Positions 46,801-62,700 of a stretch of 64,000 nucleotides of DNA are shown piece by piece; position 1 is the stretch's first letter; the number at the start of each line of letters is the position of its first letter. Below the pieces are notes generated by a model that had not been told where the DNA came from, searched no databases, and saw nothing but the letters and a program-made list of their open reading frames with translations. This stretch comes from Eledone cirrhosa (taxonomy: Eukaryota). The DNA lies in the NCBI GenBank assembly GCA_964016885.1, contig OZ024741.1, positions 10,912,001 through 10,976,000 on the forward strand, written 5' to 3'. The translations under genes were made by a program, and so were the position numbers.

Positions 46801-49030
46801 TATTGTACTTTATACTGTCACTGTATGTATATTGTACTTTACACTGTTTACTGTAGATATATTGTACTTTACACTGTTTACTGTAGATATTTTGTACTTT
46901 ACACTGTTTACTGTAGATATATTGTATGTTATACTGTTTACTGTAGACATATTGTACTTTGCACTATTTACTGTAGATATATTGTACTTTATACTGTTTA
47001 CTGTAGACATATTGTACTTTATACACTTTACTGTAGATATATTGTACTTTACACTGTAGATATATTGTACGTTACATTGTTCACTGTAGATGTATTGTAC
47101 TTTAGACTGTTCACTGTAGGTATATTATACTTTACACTGTTTACTGTAGATATATTGTACTTTAAACTGTTTACTGTAGATATTTTGTACTTTACACTGT
47201 TTACTGTAGATATATTGTACTTTATGCTGTTCACCGTAGTATTATTGTACTTTACACTGTTTACTGTAGATATATTCTTCTTTACACTGTTCACTGTAGA
47301 TATATTGTACTTTACACTGTTTATAGTAGATACATTGTACTTTACACTATTTACTGTAGATATATTCTACTTTATACTGTCCACTGTAGATATGTTGTAC
47401 TTTACACTGGTTACAGTAGATATATTGTACGTTATACTGTTTACTGTAGATATATTTTACTTTACACTGTTTACAGTAGATATATTGTACTTTCCACTGT
47501 TTACTGTAGATATATTGTAGCTTACACTGTTTACTGTAGATATATTATACTTTACACTGCTTACTGTAGATATATTGTACTTTTCACTGTTTACTGTAGA
47601 TATATTGTACTTTACACTGTTTACAGTAGATATATTGTACTTTACACTGTTTACTGTAGATATATTGTACTTTACACTGTTTACTGTAGATATATTGTAC
47701 TTTACACAGTTTACTGTAGCTATATTGTACTTTACACTGTTTACAGTGGATATATTTTACTTTACACTGTTTACTGTAGATATATTGTACTTTACACTGT
47801 TCACTGTAGATATATTGAACTTTACACTGTTCACTTTAGATATATTGTACTTTACACTGTTTACTGTAGATATATTGTACTTTACACTGTTTACAGTAGA
47901 TATATTGTACTTTACAATATTTTCTGTAGATATATTGTACTTTACACTGTTTACTGTAGATATATTGTACTTTACATCGTTTACTGTATATATATTGTAT
48001 TTCACACTGTTTACAGTAGATATATTGTAGTTTACACTGTTTACTGTAGATATATTATACTTTACACTTTACTGTAGATATATTGTACTTTACACTGTTT
48101 ACTGTAGATATATTGTACTTTACACTGTTTACAGTAGATATATTGTATTTTACACTGTTTACTGTAGATATATTGTACTTTACACTGTTTACCCTAGATA
48201 TATTGTACTTGACACTCTTTACTGTAGCTATATTGTACTTTACACTGTTTACAGTGGATATATTTTACTTTACACTGTTTACTGTAGATATATTGTACTT
48301 TTCACTGTTTACTGTAGATATATTGTACATTACACTATTTACAGTAGATACATTATACTTTACACTGTTTACTGTAGATATATTGTACTTTACACAGTTC
48401 ACTTTAGATATATTGTTTTTTGCACTGTTTACTATAGATATATTGTACTTTACAATATTTACTGTAGATATATTGTACTTTACACTGTTTACTGTAGATA
48501 TATTGTACTTTACACTGTTTACTGTAGATATATTTTACTTTACACTGTTTACAGTAGATATATTGTACTTTCCACTGTTTACTGTAGATATATTGTAGTT
48601 TACAATGTTTAGTGTAGATATATTATACTTTACACTGTTTACTGTAGATATATTGTACTTTTCACTGTTTACTGTAGATATATTGTACTTTACACTGTTT
48701 ACTGTAGATATATTGTACTTGACACTGTTTAATGTAGATATATTGTACTTTACACTGTTTACTGTAGCTATATTTTACTTTACACTGTTTACAGTGGATA
48801 TATTTTACTTTACACTGTTTACTTTAGATATATTGTACTTTACACTGTTTACTGTAGATACATTGTACTTTACACTGTTCACTTTGGATATATTGTACTT
48901 TACACTGTTTACAGTAGATATATTGTACTTTACAATATTTACTGTAGATATATTGTACTTTACACTATCTACTGTAGATATATTGTACTTTACACTGTTT
49001 ACTGTAGATATATTGTACTTTACACTGTTT
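31830..49030 (+). repeat. Higher-order repeat block: 4 tandem near-identical copies of a ~4,292-bp unit (144 monomers)
   Basis: Matching ORF translations recur at 32014/36306/40538/44889 (spacings 4292, 4232, 4351) and 34700/38932/43283/47575. CTGCAG variants lie at 33236/37528/41820/46111. The unit length 4292 = 144x30 - 28 matches the short monomers I counted: three -7, five -1 and one -2. Confidence 0.95.
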
Positions 49031-50719
49031 ACAGTAGATATATTTACTTTATACTGTTTACTGTAGACATATTGTACTTTACACTGTTTACTGTAGACAT
49101 ATTGTAGTTTACACTGTTTACAGTAGATATATTGTAGTTTACACTGTTTACTGTAGATATATTGTAGTTTACACTGTTTACTGTAGATATATTGTACTTT
49201 ACACTGTTTACTGTAGATATATTGTACTTTATACTGCTTACTGTAGATATATTGTACTTTACACTGTAGATATATTGTACGTTACATTGTTCACTGTAGG
49301 TATATTGTTCCTTACATTGTTCACTGTAGATGTATTGTACTTTATACTGTCACTGTAGGTATATTGTACTTTACACTGTTTACTGTAGATATATTGTACT
49401 TCACACTGTTTACAGTAGATATATTATACTTTACACTGTTTACTGTAGATATATTGTACTTTACACTATTTAGTGTAGATATATTGTACTTTACACTGTT
49501 TACTGTAGATATATCGTACTTTACACTGTTTACAGTAGTTATATTATACTTTACACTTTTTACTGTAGATATATTGTTTTTTACACTGTTTACTGTAGAT
49601 ATATTGTACTTTACGCTGTTTACTGTAGATATATTGTACTTTACACTGTTTACTGTAGATATATTGTACTTTACACTGTTTACCGTAGATATATTGTACT
49701 TTATACTGTTTACTGTAGACATATTGTACTTTATACTGTTTACTGTAGATATATTGTACTTTACACTGTTTACTGAAGATATTTTGTACTTTACACTGTT
49801 TCCTGTAGATATATTGTACATTATACTGTCCACCGTAGGTATATTGTACTTTACACTGTTTACTGTAGATATATTGTTCTTTACACTGTTCACTGTAGAT
49901 ATATTGTACTTTACACTGTTTATAGTAGTTACATTGTACTTTACACTGTTTACCGTAGATATATTGTACTTTATACTGTTTACTGTAGACATATTTTACT
50001 TTATACTGTTTACTGTAGATATATTGTACTTTACACTGTTTACTGTAGATATATTGTTCTTTACACTGTTCACTGTAGATATATTGTACTTTACACTGTT
50101 TATAGTAGTTACATTGTACTTTACACTGTTTACTGTAGATATATTGTACTTTACACTATTTACTGTAGAGATATTCTACTTTACACTGTCCACTGTAGAT
50201 ATATTGTACTTTACCCTGTTTACAGTAGATATATTGTACTTTACACTGTTTACTGCAGATATATTATACTTTACACTGTTTCTGTAGATATATTGTACTT
50301 TACACTGTTTACTGTAGATATATTGTACTTTACACTGTTTACAGTAGATATATTGTACTTTAAACTGTTTACTGTAGATATATTGTACTTTACACTGTTT
50401 ACCCTAGATATATTGTACTTGACACTCTTTACTGTAGTTATATTGAACTTTACACTGTTTACAGTGGATATATTTTACTTTACACTGTTTACTGTAGATA
50501 TATTGCACTTTTCACTGTTTACTGTAGATATATTGTACATTACAATATTTACTGTAGATATATTGTACTTTACACTGTTTACTGTAGATATATTGTACTT
50601 TACACTGTTTACTGTATATATATTTTACTTCACACTGTTTACAGTAGATATATTATACTTTACACTGTTTACTGTAGATATATTGTACTTTACACTATTT
50701 AGTGTAGATATATTGTACT

Positions 50720-53700
50720 TTACATGTTTACTGTAGATATATTGTGCTTTACACTGTATACTGTAGATATATTGTACTTTACACTGTTTACTGTAGATAT
50801 ATTATACTTTACACTGTTTACTGTAGATATATTGTACTTTACACTGTTTACTGTAGATATATTGTACTTTACACTGTTTACTGCAGATATATTGTAATTT
50901 ACATTGTTTACTGTAGATATATTGTACTTTATACTGTTTACTGTAGATATATTGTACTTTACACTGTTTACTGTAGATATATTTACTTTATACTGTTTAC
51001 TGTAGGCATATTGTACTTTACACTTTTTACTGTAGATATATTGTAGTTTACACTGTTTACTGTAGACATATTGTATATTATACTGTTTACTGTACACATG
51101 TTGTACTTTACACTGTTTACTGTAGATATATTGTAGTTTACACTGTTTACTGTAGATATATTTACTTTGTACTGTTTACTGTAGAAATATTGTACTTTAT
51201 ACTGTTTACTGTAGATATATTGTACTTTACACTATTTACTGTAGATATATTGTACTTTATACTGTTTACTGTAGACATATTGTTCTTTACACTGTTTACT
51301 GTAGATATATTGTAGTTTACACTGTTTACTGTAGATATATTGTACTTTACCCTGTTTACTGTAGATATATTGTACTTTATACTGTTTACTGTAGATATAT
51401 TGTACTTTACACTGTAGATATATTGTACGTTACATCGTTCACTGTAGGTATATTGTACCTTACATTGTTCACTGTAGATGTATTGTACTTTATACTGTCA
51501 CTGTAGGTATATTGTACTTTACACTGTTTACTGTAGATATATTGTACTTTACACTGTTTACTGTAGATATTTTGTACTTTACACAGTTTACTGTAGATAT
51601 ATTGTATGTTATACTGTTTACTGTAGACATATTGTACTTTACACTATTTATTGTAGATATATTGTACTTTATACTGTTTACTGTAGACATATTGTACTTT
51701 ATACTCTTTATTGTAGGTATATTGTACTTTACACTGTAGATATATTGTACGTTACATTGTTCACTGTAGGTATATTGTAAGTTACATTGTTCACTGTAGA
51801 TGTATTGTACTTTAGAATGTTCACTGTAGGTATATTGTACTTTACACTGTTTACTGTAGATATATTGTGCTTTAAACTGTTTACTGTAGATATTTTGTAC
51901 TTTACACTGTTAACTGTAAATATATTGTACTTTATACTGTTCACCGTAGGTATATTGTACTTTACACTGTTTACTGTAGATATATTCTACTTTACACAGT
52001 TCACTGTAGATATATTGTACTTTACACTGTTTATAGTAGATACATTGTACTTTACACTATTTACTGTAGATATATTCTACTTTATACTGTCCACTGTAGA
52101 TATATTGTACTTTACACTGGTTACAGTAGATATATTGTACTTTCCACTGTTTACTGTAGATATATTATACTTTACACTGTTTACTGTAGATATATTGTAC
52201 TTTTCACTGTTTACTGTAGATATGTTGTACTTTACACTGTTTATAGTAGATATATTGTACTTTACACTCTTTACTGTAGATATATTGTACTTTACACTGT
52301 TTAATGTAGCTATATTGTACTTTACACTGTTTACTGTAGCTATATTGTACTTTACACTGTTTACAGTGGATATATTTTACTTTACACTGTTTACTTTAGA
52401 TATATTGTACTTTACACTGTTTACTGTAGATATATTGTACTTTACACTGTTCACTTTAGATATATTGTACTTTACACTGTTTACAGTAGATATATTGTAC
52501 TTTACAATATTTACTGTAGATATATTGTACTTTACACTATTTACTGTAGATATATTGTACTTTACAATGTTTACTGTAGATATATTGTACTTTACACTGT
52601 TCAGAGTAGATATATTGTACTTTATACTGTTTACTGTAGACATATTGTACTTTACACTGTTTACTGTAGATATATTGTAGTTTACACTGTTTACTGTAGA
52701 TATATTGTACTTTGTACTGTTTACTGTAGAAATATTGTACTTTATACTGTTTACTGTAGATATATTGTACTTTACACTGTTTACTGTAGATATATTGTAC
52801 TTTATACTGTTTACTGTAGACATATTGTACTTTACACTGTTTACTGTAGATATATTGTAGTTTACACTGTTTACTGTAGATATATTGTACTTTACACTGT
52901 TTACTGTAGATATATTGTACTTTATACTGCTTACTGTAGATATATTGTACTTTACACTGTTTTCTGTAGATATATTGTACTTGTTACTGTTTACTGTAGA
53001 CATATTGTACTTTATACTGTTTACTGTAGATATATTGTACTTTACACTGTAGATATATTGTACGTTACATTGTTCACTGTAGATGTATTGTACTTTATAC
53101 TGTCACTGTAGGTATATTGTACTTTACACTGTTTACCGTAGATATATTGTACTTTACACTGTTTACTGTAGATATATTGTACTTTACACTGTTTACTGTA
53201 TATATATTGTACTTTACACAGTTTACTGTAGCTATAATGTACTTTACACTGTTTACAGTGGATATATTTTACTTTACACTGTTTACTGTAGATATATTGT
53301 ATTTTACACTGTTTACTGTAGATATATTGTACTTTACACCGTTCACTTTAGATATATTGTACTTTACACTGTTTACAGTAGATATATTGTACTTTACACT
53401 GTTTACAGTAGATATATTGTACTTTACAATATTTTCTGTAGATATATTGTACTTTACACTATTTAGTGTAGATATATTGTACTTTACTCTGTTTACTGTA
53501 GATATATTGTACTTTACACTGTTTACTGTAGATATATTTTACTTTACAATGTTTACTGTAGATCTATTGTACTTTACACTGTTTACAGTAGATATATTGT
53601 ACTTTACAATATTTTCTGTAGATATATTGTACTTTACACTGTTTACTGTAGATATATTGTACTTTACACTGTTTACTGTATATATATTGCACTTCACATT

Positions 53701-56700
53701 GTTTACAGTAGATATATTGTACTTTACACTGTTCACTTTAGATATATTGTACTTTATACTGTCACTGTAGGTATATTGTACTTTACACTGTTTACTGTAG
53801 ATATATTCTACTTTACACTGTTTACTGTAGATATATTGTACTTTACACTGTTTACTGTAGATATATTGTACTTTACACAGTTTACTGTAGCTATATTGTA
53901 CTTTACACTGTTTACAGTGGATATATTTTACTTTACACTGTTTACTGTATATATATTGTACTTTACACTGTTTACTGTAGATATATTGTACTTTACACTG
54001 TTTACTGTAGATATATTGTACTTTACACTGTTCACTTTAGATATATTGTACTTCACACTGTTTACAGTAGATATATTATACTTTACACTGTTTACTGTAG
54101 ATATATTGTACTTTACACTATTTAGTGTAGATATATTGTACTTTACACTGTTTACTGTAGATATATCGTACTTTACACTGTTTACCGTAGATATATTGTA
54201 CTTTATACTGTTTACTGTAGACATATTGTACTTTATACTGTTTACTGTATATATATTGTACTTTACACTGTTTACTGAAGATATTTTGTACTTTACACTG
54301 TTTCCTGTAGATATATTGTACTTTATACTGTTCACCGTAGGTATATTGTACTTTACTCTGTTTACTGTAGATATATTGTTCTTTACACTGTTCACTGTAG
54401 ATATATTGTACTTTACACTGTTTATAGTAGTTACATTGTACTTTACACTGTTTACCGTAGATATATTGTACTTTATACTGTTTACTGTAGACATATTGTA
54501 CTTTATACTGTTTACTGTAGATATATTGTACTTTACACTGTTTACTGTAGATATATTGTTCTTTACACTGTTCACTGTAGATATATTGTACTTTACACTG
54601 TTTATAGTAGTTACATTGTACTTTACACTGTTTATTGTAGATATATTGTACTTTACACTATTTACTGTAGATATATTCTACTTTACAATGTCCACTGTAG
54701 ATATATTGTACTTTACCCTGTTTACAGTAGATATATTGTACTTTACACTGTTTGCTGTAGATATATTATACTTTACACTGTTTACTGTAGATATATTGTA
54801 CTTTACACTGTTTACTGTAGATATATTGTACTTCACACTGTTTACAGTAGATATATTGTACTTTACACTGTTTACTGTAGATATATTGTACTTTACACTG
54901 TTTACCCTAGATATATTGTACTTGACACTCTTTACTGTAGCTATATTGTACTTTACACTGTTTACAGTGGATATATTTTACTTTACACTGTTTACTGTAG
55001 ATATATTGTACTTTTCACTGTTTACTGTAGATATATTGTACATTATACTATTTACAGTAGATACATTATACTTTACACTGTTTACTGTAGATATATTGTA
55101 CTTTACACAGTTCACTTTAGATATATTGTTTTTTGCACTGTTTACTGTAGATATATTGTACTTTACAATATTTACTGTAGATATATTGTACTTTACACTG
55201 TTTACTGTAGATATATTGTACTTTACACTGTTTACTGTATATATATTGTACTTCACACTCTTTACAGTAGATATATTATACTTTACACTGTTTACTGTAG
55301 ATATATTGTACTTTACACTATTTAGTGTAGATATATTGTACTTTACACTGTTTACTGTAGATATATTGTACTTTACGCTGTTTACTGTAGATATATTGTA
55401 CTTTACATGTTTACTGTAGATATATTGTGCTTTACACTGTATACTGTAGATATATTGTACTTTACACTGTTTACTGTAGATATATTATACTTTACACTGT
55501 TTACTGTAGATATATTGTACTTTACACTGTTTACTGCAGATATATTGTAATTTACATTGTTTACTGTAGATATATTGTACTTTATACTGTTTACTGTAGA
55601 CATATTGTACTTTATACTTTTTACTGTAGATATATTGTACTTTACACTGTTTACTGTAGATATATTGTACTTTATACTGTTTACTGTAGGCATATTGTAC
55701 TTTACACTTTTTACTGTAGATATATTGTAGTTTAGACTGTTTACTGTAGATATATTGTATATTATACTGTTTACTGTACACATATTGTACTTTACACTGT
55801 TTACTGTAGATATATTGTAGTTTACACTGTTTACTGTAGATATATTTACTTTGTACTGTTTACTGTAGAAATATTTTACTTTATACTGTTTACTGTAGAT
55901 ATATTGTACTTTACACTATTTACTGTAGATATATTGTACTTTATACTGTTTACTGTAGACATATTGTTCTTTACACTGTTTACTGTAGATATATTGTAGT
56001 TTACACTGTTTACTGTAGATATATTGTACTTTACACAGTTTACTGTAGATATATTGTACTTTATACTGTTTACTGTAGATATATTGTACTTTACACTGTT
56101 TTCTGTAGATATATTGTACTTTTTACTGTTTACTGTAGACATATTGTACTTTATACTGTTTACTGTAGATATATTGTACTTTACACTGTAGATATATTGT
56201 ACGTTACATCGTTCACTGTAGGTATATTGTACCTTACATTGTTCACTGTAGATGTATTGTACTTTATACTGTCACTGTAGGTATATTGTACTTTACACTG
56301 TTTACTGTAGATATATTGTACTTTACACTGTTTACTGTAGATATTTTGTACTTTACACAGTTTACTGTAGATATATTGTATGTTATACTGTTTACTGTAG
56401 ACATATTGTACTTTACACTATTTATTGTAGATATATTGTACTTTATACTGTTTACTGTAGACATATTGTACTTTATACTCTTTATTGTAGGTATATTGTA
56501 CATTACAGTGTAGATATATTGTACGTTACATTGTTCACTGTAGGTATATTGTACGTTACATTGTTCACTGTAGATGTATTGTACTTTAGAATGTTCACTG
56601 TAGGTATATTGTACTTTACACTGTTTACTGTAGATATATTGTGCTTTAAACTGTTTACTGTAGATATTTTGTACTTTACACTGTTAACTGTAAATATATT

Positions 56701-59700
56701 GTACTTTATACTGTTCACCGTAGGTATATTGTACTTTACACTGTTTACTGTAGATATATTCTACTTTACACAGTTCACTGTAGATATATTGTACTTTACA
56801 CTGTTTATAGTAGATACATTGTACTTTACACTATTTACTGTAGATATATTCTACTTTATACTGTCCACTGTAGATATATTGTACTTTACACTGGTTACAG
56901 TAGATATATTGTACTTTCCTCTGTTTACTGTAGATATATTGTAGTTTACACTGTTTACTGTAGATATATTATACTTTACACTGTTTACTGTAGATATATT
57001 GTACTTTTCACTGTTTACTGTAGATATGTTGTACTTTACACTGTTTACAGTGGATATATTTTACTTTACACTGTTTACTTTAGATATATTGTACTTTACA
57101 CTGTTTACTGTAGATATATTGTACTTTACACTGTTCACTTTAGATATATTGTACTTTACACTGTTTACAGTAGATATATTGTACTTTACAATATTTACTG
57201 TAGATATATTGTACTTTACACTATCTACTGTAGATATATTGTACTTTACAATGTTTATTGTAGATATATTGTACTTTACACTGTTTAGAGTAGATATATT
57301 GTACTTTATACTGTTTACTGTAGACATATTGTACTTTACACTGTTTACTGTAGATATATTGTAGTTTACACTGTTTACTGTAGATATATTGTACTTTGTA
57401 CTGTTTACTGTAGAAATATTGTACTTTATACTGTTTACTGTAGATATATTGTACTTTACACTGTTTACTGTAGATATATTGTACTTTATACTGTTTACTG
57501 TAGACATATTGTACTTTACACTGTTTACTGTAGATATATTGTAGTTTACACTGTTTACTGTAGATATATTGTACTTTACACTGTTTACTGTAGATATATT
57601 GTACTTTATACTGCTTACTGTAGATATATTGTACTTTACACTGTTTTCTGTAGATATATTGTACTTGTTACTGTTTACTGTAGACATATTGTACTTTATA
57701 CTGTTTACTGTAGATATATTGTACTTTACACTGTAGATATATTGTACGTTACATTGTTCACTGTAGGTATATTGTTCCTTACATTGTTCACTGTAGATGT
57801 ATTGTACTTTATACTGTCACTGTAGGTATATTGTACTTTACACTGTTTACTGTAGATATATTGTACTTTACACTGTTTACTGTAGATATATTGTACTTTA
57901 CACTGTTTACTGTATATATATTGTACTTTACACAGTTTACTGTAGCTATATTGTACTTTACACTGTTTACAGTGGATATATTTTACTTTACACTGTTTAC
58001 TGTAGATATATTGTATTTTACACTGTTTACTGTAGATATATTGTACTTTACACCGTTCACTTTAGATATATTGTACTTTACACTGTTTACAGTAGATATA
58101 TTGTACTTTACACTGTTTACAGTAGATATATTGTACTTTACAATATTTTCTGTAGATATATTGTACTTTACACTGTTTACTGTAGATATATTGTAATTTA
58201 CACTGTTTACTGTATATATATTGCACTTCACACTGTTTACAGTAGATATATTATACTTTACACTGTTTACTGTAGATATATTGTACTTTACACTATTTAG
58301 TGTAGATATATTGTACTTTACACTGTTTACTGTAGATATATTGTACTTTACACTGTTTACTGTAGATATATTTTACTTTACAATGTTTACTGTAGATTTA
58401 TTGTACTTTACACTGTTTACAGTAGATATATTGTACTTTACAATATTTTCTGTAGATATATTGTACTTTACACTGTTTACTGTAGATATATTGTACTTTA
58501 CATTGTTTACTGTATATATATTGCACTTCACACTGTTTACAGTAGATATATTATACTTTACACTGTTTACTGTAGATATATTGTACTTTACACTATTTAG
58601 TGTAGATATATTGTACTTTACACTGTTTACTGTAGATATATTGTACTTTACACTGTTTACTGTAGATATATTGTACTTTACACTGTTTAGTGTAGATATA
58701 TTGTACTTTACACTGTTTACTGTAGATATATCGTACTTTACACTGTTTACAGTAGTTATATTATACTTTACACTTTTTACTATAGATATATTGTTTTTTA
58801 CACTGTTTACTGTAGATATATTGTACTTTACGCTGTTTACTGTAGATATATTGTACTTTACACTGTTTACTGTTGATATATTGAACTTTACACTGTTTAC
58901 CGTAGATATATTGTACTTTATACTGTTTACAGTAGATATATTGTACTTTACACTGTTTACTGTAGATATATTGTTCTTTACACTGTTCACTGTAGATATA
59001 TTGTACTTTACACTGTTTATAGTAGTTACATTGTACTTTACACTGTTTACTGTAGATATATTCTACTTTACACAGTTCACTGTAGATATATTGTACTTTA
59101 CACTGTTTATAGTAGATACATTGTACTTTACACTATTTACTGTAGATATATTCTACTTTATACTGTCCACTGTAGATATATTGTACTTTACACTGGTTAC
59201 AGTAGATATATTGTACTTTCCACTGTTTACTGTAGATATATTTTTGTTTACACTGTTTACTGTAGATATATTATACTTTACACTGTTTACTGTAGATATA
59301 TTGTACTTTACACTGTTTACAGTGGATATATTTTACTTTACACTGTTGACTTTAGATATATTGTAGTTTACACTGTTTACTGTAGATATATTGTACTTTA
59401 CACTGTTCACTTTAGATATATTGTACTTTACACTGTTTACAGTAGATATATTGTACTTTACAATATTTACTGTAGATATATTGTACTTTACACTATCTAC
59501 TGTAGATATATTGTACTTTACAATGTTTACTGTAGATATATTGTACTTTACACTGTTCAGAGTAGATATATTGTACTTTATACTGTTTACTGTAGACATA
59601 TTGTACTTTACACTGTTTACTGTAGATATATTGTAGTTTACACTGTTTACTGTAGATATATTATACTTTGTACTGTTTACTGTAGAAATATTGTACTTTT

Positions 59701-62700
59701 TACTGTTTACTGTAGATATATTGTACTTTACACTGTTTACTGTAGATATATTGTACTTTATACTGTTTACTGTAGACATATTGTACTTTACACTGTTTAC
59801 TGTAGATATATTGTAGTTTACACTGTTTACTGTAGATATATTGTACTTTACACTGTTTACTGTAGATATATTGTACTTTATACTGCTTACTGTAGATATA
59901 TTGTACTTTACATTGTTTTCTGTAGATATATTGTACTTGTTACTGTTTACTGTAGACATATTGTACTTTATACTGTTTACTGTAGATATATTGTAATTTA
60001 CACTGTAGATATATTGTACGTTACATTGTTCACTGTAGATGTATTGTACTTTATACTGTCACTGTAGGTATATTGTACTTTACACTGTTTACCGTAGATA
60101 TATTGTACTTTACACTGTTTACTGTAGATATATTGTACTTTACACTGTTTACTGTATATATATTGTACTTTACACAGTTTACTGTAGCTATAATGTACTT
60201 TACACTGTTTACAGTGGATATATTTTACTTTACACTGTTTACTGTAGATATATTGTATTTTACACTGTTTACTGTAGATATATTGTACTTTACACCGGTC
60301 ACTTTAGATATATTGTACTTTACACTGTTTACAGTAGATATATTGTACTTTACACTGTTTACAGTAGATATATTGTACTTTACAATATTTTCTGTAGATA
60401 TATTGTACTTTACACTGTTTACTGTAGATATATTGTACTTTACACTATTTAGTGTAGATATATTGTACTTTACACTGTTTACTGTAGATATATTGTACTT
60501 TACACTGTTTACTGTAGATATATTTTACTTTACAATGTTTACTGTAGATCTATTGTACTTTACACTGTTTACAGTAGATATATTGTACTTTACAATATTT
60601 TCTGTAGATATATTGTACTTTACACTGTTTACTGTAGATATATTGTACTTTACACTGTTTACTGTATATATATTGCACTTCACACTGTTTACAGTAGATA
60701 TATTGTACTTTACACTGTTCACTTTAGATATATTGTACTTTATACTGTCACTGTAGGTATATTGTACTTTACACTGTTTACTGTAGATATATTGTACTTT
60801 ACACTGTTTACTGTAGATATATTGTACTTTACACTGTTTACTGTAGATATATTGTACTTTACACAGTTTACTGTAGCTATATTGTACTTTACACTGTTTA
60901 CAGTGGATATATTTTACTTTACACTGTTTACTGTATATATATTGTACTTTACACTGTTTACTGTAGATATATTGTACTTTACACTGTTTACTGTAGATAT
61001 ATTGTACTTTACACTGTTCACTTTAGATATATTGTACTTCACACTGTTTACAGTAGATATATTATACTTTACACTGTTTACTGTAGATATATTGTACTTT
61101 ACACTATTTAGTGTAGATATATTGTACTTTACACTGTTTACTGTAGATATATCGTACTTTACACTGTTTACAGTAGTTATATTATACTTTACACTTTTTA
61201 CTGTAGATATATTGTTTTTTACACTGTTTACTGTAGATATATTGTACTTTACGCTGTTTACTGTAGATATATTGTACTTTACACTGTTTACTGTAGATAT
61301 ATTGTACTTTACACTGTTTACCGTAGATATATTGTACTTTATACTGTTTACTGTAGACATATTGTACTTTATACTGTTTACTGTAGATATATTGTACTTT
61401 ACACTGTTTACTGAAGATATTTTGTACTTTACACTGTTTCCTGTAGATATATTGTACTTTATACTGTTCACCGTAGGTATATTGTACTTTACTCTGTTTA
61501 CTGTAGATATATTGTTCTTTACACTGTTCACTGTAGATATATTGTACTTTACACTGTTTATAGTAGTTACATTGTACTTTACACTGTTTACCGTAGATAT
61601 ATTGTACTTTATACTGTTTACTGTAGACATATTGTACTTTATACTGTTTACTGTAGATATATTGTACTTTACACTGTTTACTGTAGATATATTGTTCTTT
61701 ACACTGTTCACTGTAGATATATTGTACTTTACACTGTTTATAGTAGTTACATTGTACTTTACACTGTTTACTGTAGATATATTGTACTTTACACTATTTA
61801 CTGTAGATATATTCTTCTTTACACTGTCCACTGTAGATATATTGTACTTTACCCTGTTTACAGTAGATATATTGTACTTTACACTGTTTACTGTAGATAT
61901 ATTATACTTTACACTGTTTACTGTAGATATATTGTACTTTACACTGTTTACTGTAGATATATTGTACTTCACACTGTTTACAGTAGATATATTGTACTTT
62001 ACACTGTTTACTGTAGATATATTGTACTTTACACTGTCCACTGTAGATATATTGTACTTGACACTCTTTACTGTAGCTATATTGTACTTTACACTGTTTA
62101 CAGTGGATATATTTTACTTTACACTGTTTACTGTAGATATATTGTACTTTTCACTGTTTACTGTAGATATATTGTACATTATACTATTTACAGTAGATAC
62201 ATTATACTTTACACTGTTTACTGTAGATATATTGTACTTTACACAGTTCACTTTAGATATATTGTTTTTTGCACTGTTTACTGTAGATATATTGTACTTT
62301 ACAATATTAACTGTAGATATATTGTACTTTACACTGTTTACTGTAGATATATTGTACTTTACACTGTTTACTGTATATATATTGTACTTCACACTCTTTA
62401 CAGTAGATATATTATACTTTACACTATTTAGTGTAGATATATTGTACTTTACACTGTTTACTGTAGATATATTGTACTTTACGCTGTTTACTGTAGATAT
62501 ATTGTACTTTACATGTTTACTGTAGATATATTGTGCTTTACACTGTATACTGTAGATATATTGTACTTTACACTGTTTACTGTAGATATATTATACTTTA
62601 CACTGTTTACTGTAGATATATTGTACTTTACACTGTTTACTGTAGATATATTGTACTTTACACTGTTTACTGCAGATATATTGTAATTTACATTGTTTGC

